Origin: a virus
IMG/VR virus record: IMGVR_UViG_3300045250_000071
Length of the DNA: 64,000 nt
Reading direction: 5' to 3' (one strand)
This document shows, in pieces, positions 37,383 to 44,728 of the stretch (its first letter is position 1; each line of letters opens with the position of its first letter). A model generated the notes under the pieces. That model was not told the origin of the DNA. It ran no database searches and saw nothing but the letters and a program-made list of their open reading frames with translations. Position numbers and translations under genes: made by a program.

Positions 37383-38216
37383 ATGGCCCTGAAACCGACA
37401 CCTGTACCGGACGAGTGGGAGACTCCCCTCGCCGACTACTTCATCGAGCAGACTGCTGCCGGCACGCCAGCGACCACACAGTACACGCGGCGTCAGCATC
37501 TCTCGAATCTGGCGCGCGGGCTCGGCGGCAGCCCGTGGACGGTGACGCCCGAGCAGCTGCTCGGGTGGTTCGCCGAGCGCGATTGGCTGCAGGAGACTCG
37601 CCGGAGCCGGCGCACGACTTTCCGGCATTTCTGGGCGTGGGGCGTTGCGACCGGCCGCACCGAGCAGAACACCGCCGCGATCCTGCCGGTCGTGAAGGCG
37701 AGCGCGCCGAAGCCGCGCCCCATCCCCGCGCCGTACCTGCACGAGGGCATGGAAGCCGCCGACCAGCGAACCGAACTCATTCTGCGCCTCGCGGCCGAAG
37801 CCGGCATGCGCCGCGGCGAGATCGCGCAAGCCCACTCACGTGACCTGCTGCCCGACCTCGACGGCTACTCGATCATCGCGCACGGCAAAGGCGGCAAAGA
37901 CCGCGTCATCCCGCTGAACACCGACCTCGCGGCCGCGCTGCTCAAACTCGGAAGCGGCTACTTCTTCCCCGGCCGAGTGAGTGGCCACCTGTCGGCCAAG
38001 TACGTCGGGAAACTCGCGACCCGCGTGCTGCCCGGTGAATGGACTCTGCACACTGGCCGGCACCGATTCGCCGTGCTCTCACACCGCGAATCGAAGGACC
38101 TCCTCATCGTGCAAGACCTGCTCGGCCACGCCTCCCCCGCCACCACGCGCGCGTACGTCGGCCCCGACCCGCAGCGAGCAAGACTCGTCGTCCAAGCGCT
38201 TCCCCGCGCCGCATAG
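37383..38216 (+). CDS. int: Tyrosine integrase (short, 277 aa, no arm-binding domain)
   Basis: GMRRGE, GKGGK, HTGRH, LLGH, TRAY catalytic motifs; ends ...PRAA. Confidence 0.92.
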   Translation: MALKPTPVPDEWETPLADYFIEQTAAGTPATTQYTRRQHLSNLARGLGGSPWTVTPEQLLGWFAERDWLQETRRSRRTTFRHFWAWGVATGRTEQNTAAILPVVKASAPKPRPIPAPYLHEGMEAADQRTELILRLAAEAGMRRGEIAQAHSRDLLPDLDGYSIIAHGKGGKDRVIPLNTDLAAALLKLGSGYFFPGRVSGHLSAKYVGKLATRVLPGEWTLHTGRHRFAVLSHRESKDLLIVQDLLGHASPATTRAYVGPDPQRARLVVQALPRAA

Positions 38217-38250
38217 ACTCCCCAACAACCCCGCAGGAAGGACTCCCGTC

Positions 38251-38820
38251 ATGACCACTAGACCCCTCATGGCCGTCGCCGCACTCCTCACGCTCGGACT
38301 CACCGGATGCGCGAGCCAGACCGACGACGCACCCACCGAACCCGACGCCGGCCAAGAGCAAGCCACTGACGTCGCCACCAGCGAGCGCGGGCACCAGCTC
38401 GTGGAACTCGGCGAACCCGTCACCCTGTACGACGGCGACGCCGAGGTCGGTGAACTCACGATCGAAGACATGGCGGAAGTCGACACGTCCGACTCGGCGT
38501 TCGCGTTCGACCAGGACCGCACGTACTTCCTCGTGACGGTGAGCGCGTCCGCGACGCCCGACCTCGCCGAACCGCTGCAATTCGTGTGGCTCGGCGTCGA
38601 CTCCGAGGGCTACAACATCAGCGACGGGATCGAGCACTCGATCGCCGACATCAGCGACGAAGAGGGGTTCGAGGGCACGATCTCGGGCGGCGAGAAGACC
38701 CGCGGCGTGCTCCTCGTGTCGTTCCCTGACGAGCACGGCTCGATCATCCTCAAAGTCTCCGGCGGCTCCACGGGCATGGTGGCAATGGAGGGCTCGACCG
38801 GATACGAGCTCGAGTTCTGA
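38251..38820 (+). CDS. Lipoprotein (possible superinfection exclusion)
   Basis: Signal peptide with lipobox LTGC, acidic Ig-like body; co-oriented with repressor/int. Confidence 0.75.
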   Translation: MTTRPLMAVAALLTLGLTGCASQTDDAPTEPDAGQEQATDVATSERGHQLVELGEPVTLYDGDAEVGELTIEDMAEVDTSDSAFAFDQDRTYFLVTVSASATPDLAEPLQFVWLGVDSEGYNISDGIEHSIADISDEEGFEGTISGGEKTRGVLLVSFPDEHGSIILKVSGGSTGMVAMEGSTGYELEF

Positions 38821-38993
38821 TGAGTCTCGACGAAGCTGTCGATGTGCTCGTCGCGCACCTCGAGCGCGTGCCCGAGGATGACCGACTCGAAGCCGTGAAC
38901 CGGTGCGTCGGAGTGCTGCAGCCGCTCGAGGTTCCCGACCTCGCAGAACAACGTGAGGCTCGTGCCGATTTCCCCGACGACATATTGGACTAG
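38820..38993 (+). CDS. Hypothetical 57-aa acidic protein (not in ORF track)
   Basis: TGATG-coupled to lipoprotein; MSLDEAVDVLVAHLERV...DDILD. Confidence 0.45.
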   Translation: MSLDEAVDVLVAHLERVPEDDRLEAVNRCVGVLQPLEVPDLAEQREARADFPDDILD

Positions 38994-39127
38994 CAATTCA
39001 TGACAGGGTGCCCGTCTGAACCGCTGCCGCGCGGCTGGTACCTCGCGCTCGGCGCGCGCGTTCTCGACCGCGAGCCCGACGCGATGCTCGAGTGGGGAGA
39101 CTTCCACTAGCCCGGAAAACGAAAATC

Positions 39128-39165
39128 GCCCCTCCCTCCACGCCCGTAGGCATAGAGGGAGGGGC
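39128..39165 (-). terminator. Intrinsic terminator ending the late operon
   Basis: Minus strand GCCCCTCCCTCTATGCC-TACG-GGCGTGGAGGGAGGGGC (UNCG loop) then ATTTTCGTTTT; at convergence of operons. Confidence 0.75.
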
Positions 39166-39179
39166 ATTCGTTGTGCAGT

Positions 39180-39425
39180 TCAGACGACGCGAGAAGCTCG
39201 CGCGGCGTCGCGTCGCTCGAGCGCACGCTTCACCGTCATCGGCGCGTACTGCCAGGCAGCCGGCAGCTCGATGAGCGCGCCGAGCACGGCGTAGTAGCGG
39301 GTCGCTGTCCAGCCGAACGCGCGCCGGATTGCGTCGACCTTGCGGCCACCGTGCAGCGGCCACTCGGCCTCGAAATCGAGGAGCTGCCGGTCAACGTCAT
39401 CGAGCTCGATCGCCATGACGCTCAC
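39180..39425 (-). CDS. DUF3263-family protein
   Basis: LLDFE..W...G.K..AIR..FG..ATRYY.VL..LI..P.A....P..V.R. Confidence 0.8.
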   Translation of the reverse strand: MSVMAIELDDVDRQLLDFEAEWPLHGGRKVDAIRRAFGWTATRYYAVLGALIELPAAWQYAPMTVKRALERRDAARASRVV

Positions 39426-39862
39426 TCAGCCTCGACGAGTTCCCAGCCGCCCGGGTACTCGCTCGGGCGGGAGCCGTGGACGTCGGCGAGGGCACGCCAG
39501 ACTCGGCCGGCGTCGCGGGCGAGGTCGCCGGCCTGGAACGGGCCCGGCTGCCAGAACGGCACAAGCGGGCCGGTGGCGGGCTCCCAGCCGTCGCCCGGGG
39601 GCTCGGTCGTGACACCGAGCTGAGTGGCGTCGTAGTGGGCGCCAGCGTGCTCGACGCGCCACCCGCGGGGGTACGCGCCGATGATGCCGACCGGTGCCTG
39701 CCAGGCGGCGCCGTTCTCGCGCCCTTCGGCGACGAGGTAGTCGAGCAGCATCGCGTCGGTTCGGCGCGCCGCGTCCGCGAGTTTCTGTCGGCGCTCGAGT
39801 TCGGCCTGCGCGGATGCGGCCGCGTCGGCGAGCTCGCTGTCGCTCATCGTGTCGATGTCCAA
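39422..39862 (-). CDS. Coiled-coil plus tandem CBM5/12-like carbohydrate-binding domains
   Basis: TTG start after GGAGG; AWQAP.G...AYP.G..V.H.G..Y...EP...GW and WQPG..Q.GD.....GRVW....PS..PGGW. Confidence 0.65.
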   Translation of the reverse strand: MDIDTMSDSELADAAASAQAELERRQKLADAARRTDAMLLDYLVAEGRENGAAWQAPVGIIGAYPRGWRVEHAGAHYDATQLGVTTEPPGDGWEPATGPLVPFWQPGPFQAGDLARDAGRVWRALADVHGSRPSEYPGGWELVEAE

Positions 39863-39864
39863 TG

Positions 39865-40263
39865 TCAGACCTCCAGGTGCTTCGGGAACGACGCAAGGGT
39901 GGTGAATTCGAAGCCGCCGCGTAGCGTCTCCGGTCGGGTGATCGCCAGCAATCCTTTGACGACCTGCTGGTTCCAGTAGATGGTTTTGCCGTAGTAGAGC
40001 GAGCACAGCGAAGGGTGGAGCGATGTCGCGGAGTCGTTCACCCAGTGGTATTGGTGCGGCAGCGGCGCCCCGCACGCCCAATCTGGGAGGTGACCGAGGT
40101 TGGCGAGCCCTGGCTTCGTCGTGTCGAGCCGCAGCCCCGACAGGTCGACAATCACGGTGTGGTCAACCCGCAGCACGCGGAAAAACTGGATCGGGTCGTT
40201 CGGGCCCTGCGGTGCGAGGCCGGCAGCGGACGTATGGACGACTTGCCAATCGGTACGCGTCAC
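39865..40263 (-). CDS. RBP-head-like cassette C9 (lacks N-terminal hook)
   Basis: TDWQ...RVDHTVIV.LSGL...LPDWA...FPKHL; GTGA-coupled. Confidence 0.65.
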   Translation of the reverse strand: MTRTDWQVVHTSAAGLAPQGPNDPIQFFRVLRVDHTVIVDLSGLRLDTTKPGLANLGHLPDWACGAPLPHQYHWVNDSATSLHPSLCSLYYGKTIYWNQQVVKGLLAITRPETLRGGFEFTTLASFPKHLEV

Positions 40264-40328
40264 AGCTTCACCCCCGCGATCGGCCCGGTTTCGTATGTGC
40301 CGGGCGTGATTCTGCGTTGCCAGACCAT
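40260..40328 (-). CDS. 22-aa mini-ORF (hook peptide plus cassette C-terminus only)
   Basis: MVWQRRITPGTYETGPIAGVKL; TAATG start, GTGA stop overlap, GGGGGTG SD upstream. Confidence 0.5.
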   Translation of the reverse strand: MVWQRRITPGTYETGPIAGVKL

Positions 40329-40612
40329 TAAATCGTCACCCCCATTAGGTCGCGCCAAGGACGCCAAACGCCTGACAGGCAGCTCCGCTTCACGACCGCG
40401 TATCCGCCGTCCCAGGGAATGAATACCTGCAACGGCTGGCCATCACGCCACTGCAACACCTCGAGGAACCCCGGCACCTCGTCATACGGGTAGCCGTTCG
40501 CTGCGGTCGCGTACGCACCAAACTGCACCACGTACCGGTTGGGCGACGTGATGGTGTCGAGGTGCTCGTTCGTGAGTACTACCGCCGCTCGTGGACGTTT
40601 TGCCCAGACCAT
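40328..40612 (-). CDS. Cassette C8, pyocin-knob-like tail-fibre domain
   Basis: MVWAKR start at TGATG; LDTITSP..Y.......ANGYP....GFLEV.......LQ.F........KR....VWRPW. Confidence 0.7.
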   Translation of the reverse strand: MVWAKRPRAAVVLTNEHLDTITSPNRYVVQFGAYATAANGYPYDEVPGFLEVLQWRDGQPLQVFIPWDGGYAVVKRSCLSGVWRPWRDLMGVTI

Positions 40613-40950
40613 CAGTTCCCTGCTCTCCATGTGACGGTGCCGGCGTAGGTTGCGCCGGCGGTGGCTCCGAGGATGCGGAGGTTGCCAGCGAACACCGACA
40701 CGAGGCGGACCTCACCGGATGCGGTGACGAGAACTCCCTGGCGACCGTTCATGCCGACGGGGTCGGGCACGGGCAGGTAGTTCGATGTGAGGCTTGCGAT
40801 GTTGACGTTGCCCGCGTTCCCAACCGTGAGCCCGCTCGTGAGGAACGTGACGGTGTCGTCGTCGCGGCGAATCGCTGCTGATCCAGTCACTCCCGCGAGG
40901 AGGGTGAGGTTCTCCCACGTACCGCGGCCGCGGCGCTTTACCCAGCTCAT
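40612..40950 (-). CDS. Small receptor-binding-head-like protein, cassette C7
   Basis: MSWVKRR start at ATGA; GTWENLT...RRDDDTVT...L.SNYLP. Confidence 0.75.
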   Translation of the reverse strand: MSWVKRRGRGTWENLTLLAGVTGSAAIRRDDDTVTFLTSGLTVGNAGNVNIASLTSNYLPVPDPVGMNGRQGVLVTASGEVRLVSVFAGNLRILGATAGATYAGTVTWRAGN

Positions 40951-41315
40951 GATGCTCCCTTCGGGAATGGCACCCCGGGCACCGGGAACTGGCTCAGCCC
41001 GGCGGCGTAGCCGTTCGTGACGGCCATCGTGCGTGGCAGCGCGAGGACTCCGGCGTTGTTGGTAAATCCGTTTTGCACGGGCGCCGCTGCAAGACCCGTC
41101 GAGAACACGAACGACCGGCGTGCGATGAAGAAGCCGATGGGAAGCTGCACGACGTTGTCACTCGTCGCGGCAGACCCGTCGAGAGATTGCGACTCGACGA
41201 GGACGATGTCGCCGTCGCGCTTCACGCGCAGACTCGCTGCCACCCACCCGTTCAGGAGCTGTGTCGTGAGATCGATCCACACGGTGGCGCGCTGGCGCCG
41301 TAGCGACCAAGGCAT
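40947..41315 (-). CDS. Small receptor-binding-head-like protein, cassette C6
   Basis: MPWSLRR; WIDLTTQLLNGW...KRDGDIV...LPIGF. Confidence 0.75.
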   Translation of the reverse strand: MPWSLRRQRATVWIDLTTQLLNGWVAASLRVKRDGDIVLVESQSLDGSAATSDNVVQLPIGFFIARRSFVFSTGLAAAPVQNGFTNNAGVLALPRTMAVTNGYAAGLSQFPVPGVPFPKGAS

Positions 41316-41701
41316 CAGACCTTCACCCCCGGGTAGCTCGTCGGAAAATCACCCGAGACCGGTACCGACACCGTGAAATGCAGCACGTCGTTTGGCGCAG
41401 CGAAATAGAGCGGCACCCAGCCGGCCGGCGAGACCGCGAGCCGGCGTAACTGGCCGGCGCTGTTGAACAGGTTTGTCCAGCAGCTGCGCCCGCTCGGGCG
41501 GAGCCCACTCGGGAGCGTGCCAGACGGCAGCAGGTCAAACGTTCCCGAAACCTCGCCGAGGCGCAGCGCGTCGGCGAGCAGCCACAGTGTTTCGCCGGTG
41601 CGTTGCACGTAGAGGTTGCCGGAGGTGACGGGTGCGCCGATGAGCGACGTGACGTTCCACAGCCCGGAGTCGCGCACGGAACGGGTTTTCAGAGCCCACA
41701 T
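41315..41701 (-). CDS. Cassette C5 (copy 2)
   Basis: Identical to 353..739. Confidence 0.75.
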   Translation of the reverse strand: MWALKTRSVRDSGLWNVTSLIGAPVTSGNLYVQRTGETLWLLADALRLGEVSGTFDLLPSGTLPSGLRPSGRSCWTNLFNSAGQLRRLAVSPAGWVPLYFAAPNDVLHFTVSVPVSGDFPTSYPGVKV

Positions 41702-41703
41702 AG

Positions 41704-42072
41704 CTATGCCTCCGGGATCGGGTTGTCGCAGCGGTATGTTCCGGTGCCGCGGATCGCGAGGCCTGCCTTCACCTGGTAGAGGTAGACAGCGCCAGTGCGG
41801 TCGATGCGGATCGACCCGCCAGGGTCGGCCGCGAGCCGTCGGCCGAGACCGATGTCGGTGTTCGAGTAATGCGGCCGGAATTGTTCGTCGAGGATGACGC
41901 CGAGGTTGAGGAACGGCGCATCATCGGCGAAGACGAGCCCGTCAGCCATGAGCGTGACGGTGCGCCCCTCGCGCGCGACGCGCATCACCCCGCTCTCGGG
42001 GAGGACTGCGAATCGGCTGGTGATGTCGATCCAGTCGGTCAGCTGCCGGTGTCGGCGTTGCCAAAGCGCCAT
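41704..42072 (-). CDS. Cassette C4 (copy 2)
   Basis: Identical to 742..1110. Confidence 0.75.
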   Translation of the reverse strand: MALWQRRHRQLTDWIDITSRFAVLPESGVMRVAREGRTVTLMADGLVFADDAPFLNLGVILDEQFRPHYSNTDIGLGRRLAADPGGSIRIDRTGAVYLYQVKAGLAIRGTGTYRCDNPIPEA

Positions 42073-42464
42073 CAGATCCCAACCCCCGGGTATGCCGTCG
42101 GGAACGCGTCGCGCGCCCGAATCTGGTGGTTGATGTTGATGAGCGTCGGCGCCCCGTTCGCGGCGACGAGCTGCAGGCGGTTGTTGTAGTGGTTGATGCG
42201 GTACATCGAGATGGGTCCACCACCCGCGCTGGACGCGAGCCCCGACCCGTACTCGTAGCGGCCACCGGAGGTGATGATTCCGGGCCGGAACCCCGAGGGC
42301 AGGAGCCACGGGATATCGCTGGTTGCGGCGGCGCCGTCGAGCTGGCCGCGGAACCAGACGACGTCACCGACGCGTTCGACGGTGAGCACACCGGCCCAGC
42401 CGTCGCGGAGCTCGGCAGAGATGTCGCGCAGGCCGGTTCGGCGTGGTTTCAGGCTCCAGGCCAT
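42072..42464 (-). CDS. Cassette C3 (copy 2)
   Basis: Identical to 1110..1502. Confidence 0.75.
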   Translation of the reverse strand: MAWSLKPRRTGLRDISAELRDGWAGVLTVERVGDVVWFRGQLDGAAATSDIPWLLPSGFRPGIITSGGRYEYGSGLASSAGGGPISMYRINHYNNRLQLVAANGAPTLININHQIRARDAFPTAYPGVGI

Positions 42465-42796
42465 TACGCGACCGCCTTTGTGCTGTAGGTGAGGCGTCCG
42501 AAAATCGGGCCGATGGTTAGCCCGTAGGCCTGGAGGTTGCCGGTGTTGGTGATCTGGACGCGGTTCGTGACGCCCGGCAGGTACTCGGCCTCGGTGAACG
42601 CTGGGCGGCCGAGTTCTGACGGGATGACGGCGATATTGCCGCCGGTTGTGTCGCCGAGCACGAGCACGTCGAACGCGATCACACGATCGCCGTCAGCCTT
42701 CTGCTGAAACAGAAGCCGCCCCGAGGTAACGGGGCGGCTGATGAGGTGCGTGATGTCGGTCCAGTCCGACGTCGCGGAGCGCTTGAGCCAGGGCAT
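42464..42796 (-). CDS. Cassette C2 (copy 2)
   Basis: Identical to 1502..1834. Confidence 0.75.
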   Translation of the reverse strand: MPWLKRSATSDWTDITHLISRPVTSGRLLFQQKADGDRVIAFDVLVLGDTTGGNIAVIPSELGRPAFTEAEYLPGVTNRVQITNTGNLQAYGLTIGPIFGRLTYSTKAVA

Positions 42797-43170
42797 CAGC
42801 CGCTCACCCCCATGAGGTTCGATGGGAACGCGCCGGCAGCCTCGACCTCGGCGTAGAACGAGATCGGCTGGCCAGCGACGACCGAGTAGATGTTCGAGTA
42901 GCCGGCCGGTGTGACCGAGAACGTGCCGCCGGCGGTGTAGCCGGTGGAGGGGTACCAGGTCTCGCGCAGTCGCCAGCGTGGCCGGTAGCCGTCGGCGAGG
43001 CGCGGGAGCGGCACGTTGGTGCCGGCCTCAGCGAAGACGAGGTCGTCACCAACGACGATGAGCCGCGAGCGTTTCCGCTGCACGAGGAGCCGGCCCGACG
43101 TGACCGCTGCGGTGATGAGGCCGGTGATGTCGCGGACACCTGTGTCTGGATCACGTCGCATCCATGCCAT
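42796..43170 (-). CDS. Cassette C1 (copy 2)
   Basis: Identical to 1834..2208. Confidence 0.75.
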   Translation of the reverse strand: MAWMRRDPDTGVRDITGLITAAVTSGRLLVQRKRSRLIVVGDDLVFAEAGTNVPLPRLADGYRPRWRLRETWYPSTGYTAGGTFSVTPAGYSNIYSVVAGQPISFYAEVEAAGAFPSNLMGVSG

Positions 43171-43172
43171 GG

Positions 43173-43556
43173 TTAGGCCTCCATTCGGTAGATGTCGCCG
43201 GTGAGCACGTCGTAGTGCCAGAACCCGACCGGTGCGCCGCCGACTGGTGCGCCCTCGCCGAATTTCGCGTTGGCGAGCGATGTGCCGCCCTGCGACGCCT
43301 CGACGCTGGTGAGCCGCGTCTCTGCCGACGACATACGTCCCTCGAGCGGGGCCAGGTCGTCGGCGTCGAGCGTGGCGTCGAGTCGGCCCTCAGCTGCGGT
43401 GAGTCGGCCCTCGGCAGCGGTGACTCGCCCCTCGAGCGGGGCGAGGTCTTCCGCAACAAGCGCGGTGTCCAGTCGGCCCTCGGCGGCGGTCAGCCGGTAT
43501 TCGACTGCGTTGATGTCCTCGGCGACGAGTACTGCGAAGGTTTGCAGGTCACCCAT
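43173..43556 (-). CDS. Coiled-coil fibre stem / adaptor (copy 2)
   Basis: Identical to 2211..2594. Confidence 0.7.
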   Translation of the reverse strand: MGDLQTFAVLVAEDINAVEYRLTAAEGRLDTALVAEDLAPLEGRVTAAEGRLTAAEGRLDATLDADDLAPLEGRMSSAETRLTSVEASQGGTSLANAKFGEGAPVGGAPVGFWHYDVLTGDIYRMEA

Positions 43557-44106
43557 TTCGCGCTCCTGTGTAGGCGTTGAGGATGGCGGTCTCGTCGAGT
43601 GCGCTCTCGGGCTGGACCCACGCGATGCCGCCGTTTTCGTAGCCGAGCACGGCGCCGGCCCAGCCGCCCGCCGGCACGTTGACGGTGACGATCGTGACGC
43701 CCTCCCCCGGCGTCGGTGGTGCGGCGTGAACGAGGTCGAGCGGCGCCTCCGAGGTGTGCGCCGCGGTGACCTCGAACCGGAACTCGGGGATCGCGGCGGC
43801 GACGAGGTTGAACCGCGCACGCCAAACGCCGGTGGTGAGCCACACACCCGGGGGCCGGGGAGTGTCGTCCACGTTGAGGAGGCATATGTTCCCGTTCGAG
43901 TCGAAACCGAACGGGATCTCTTCCTTCACGACGAGCGCGGAGTATTGCTCTGTGCGGTCGAGCGTGGCGACCGGCGTGAACACTCCAGTGCCGCGCGGCG
44001 CGAGCGTGTCGGGGTAGTCGTCCTCGTCATCGCCGTCGGCGACGGAACGGATGACGCGTCCGACGACGAGGCCGTACGCGAGGTCAGTAGGGGCAGGAAT
44101 CGACAC
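43549..44106 (-). CDS. Minor tail / fibre anchor (copy 2)
   Basis: Identical to 2587..3144. Confidence 0.6.
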   Translation of the reverse strand: MSIPAPTDLAYGLVVGRVIRSVADGDDEDDYPDTLAPRGTGVFTPVATLDRTEQYSALVVKEEIPFGFDSNGNICLLNVDDTPRPPGVWLTTGVWRARFNLVAAAIPEFRFEVTAAHTSEAPLDLVHAAPPTPGEGVTIVTVNVPAGGWAGAVLGYENGGIAWVQPESALDETAILNAYTGARNG

Positions 44107-44121
44107 CGGTCGCCTCCGTCG

Positions 44122-44436
44122 CTATTTGTCGTTGCCGATGCGCTGCAGCTGCTCGCTCGCGCCGGTGGGCTTCCACATCGAGGCGTAGCTGCCTTGCGCG
44201 ACGCCGAGCGCGAGAAGGGCGTTCAGGACGCCGACTCCGATGTCGTATGCCTCGCCCGTGGCGAGTGCCGCACCAAGCTCGGTGAGGACACCAGTCGCCA
44301 GCGAGAGCACAGCGAGCAGGATGCCCTTGAACGCGCCCGAGGTGACGCGAGTAGTGACGAGGCCAACGAGTGCCGGCAGGACGACGGCGACGACGAGCGA
44401 GATGACGAGCGACGGTGGCAGGGTGAATTCGATCAT
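44122..44436 (-). CDS. Holin-like protein (copy 2)
   Basis: Identical to 3160..3474. Confidence 0.7.
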   Translation of the reverse strand: MIEFTLPPSLVISLVVAVVLPALVGLVTTRVTSGAFKGILLAVLSLATGVLTELGAALATGEAYDIGVGVLNALLALGVAQGSYASMWKPTGASEQLQRIGNDK

Positions 44437-44723
44437 TTGGAATCTCCTTGAGTTTCGATTGCCCCGGTGCCGCCAATAACTGGGCGCCGCGGGAGTTCGT
44501 CGGTGTCAATGCACGGTGCATTGACGGCAATTCGCCGGAGTTCGTTGTATGCGTCTTCCATTGCGAATAGGTCATTTCGAATCTTTCGCACGAGCCGCCA
44601 CGCCTTCTGCTCGTCGGTATGCTTCTTGCCTCGCCGGTCGAGCAGCTTCTGCACGATGTAGAGGCCGACTCCGCCACTAGAGAAGAGCGCAATCCCAAGC
44701 CCGGTCAGCTGCTCCGGAGTCAT
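44433..44723 (-). CDS. Single-TM protein (copy 2)
   Basis: Identical to 3471..3761. Confidence 0.6.
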   Translation of the reverse strand: MTPEQLTGLGIALFSSGGVGLYIVQKLLDRRGKKHTDEQKAWRLVRKIRNDLFAMEDAYNELRRIAVNAPCIDTDELPRRPVIGGTGAIETQGDSK

Positions 44724-44728
44724 CGGCG

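Larger units (their letters stand above)
1..40962. mobile_element. One complete unit (40,962 bp, circularly permuted) of a temperate actinobacterial siphophage genome
   Basis: Full set of packaging, head, tail, lysis, integration/immunity and replication genes; sequence at position 1 (gggaatggcaccccgggc) recurs at 40963. Confidence 0.95.

Noticed and set aside
39865..43170. Shufflon/invertible tail-fibre locus or DGR as explanation of the cassette array
   Set aside because: All cassettes are co-oriented, each has its own start and SD, and I see no inverted crossover repeats. There is no invertase next to the array, no reverse transcriptase, and no TR/VR pair differing at adenines
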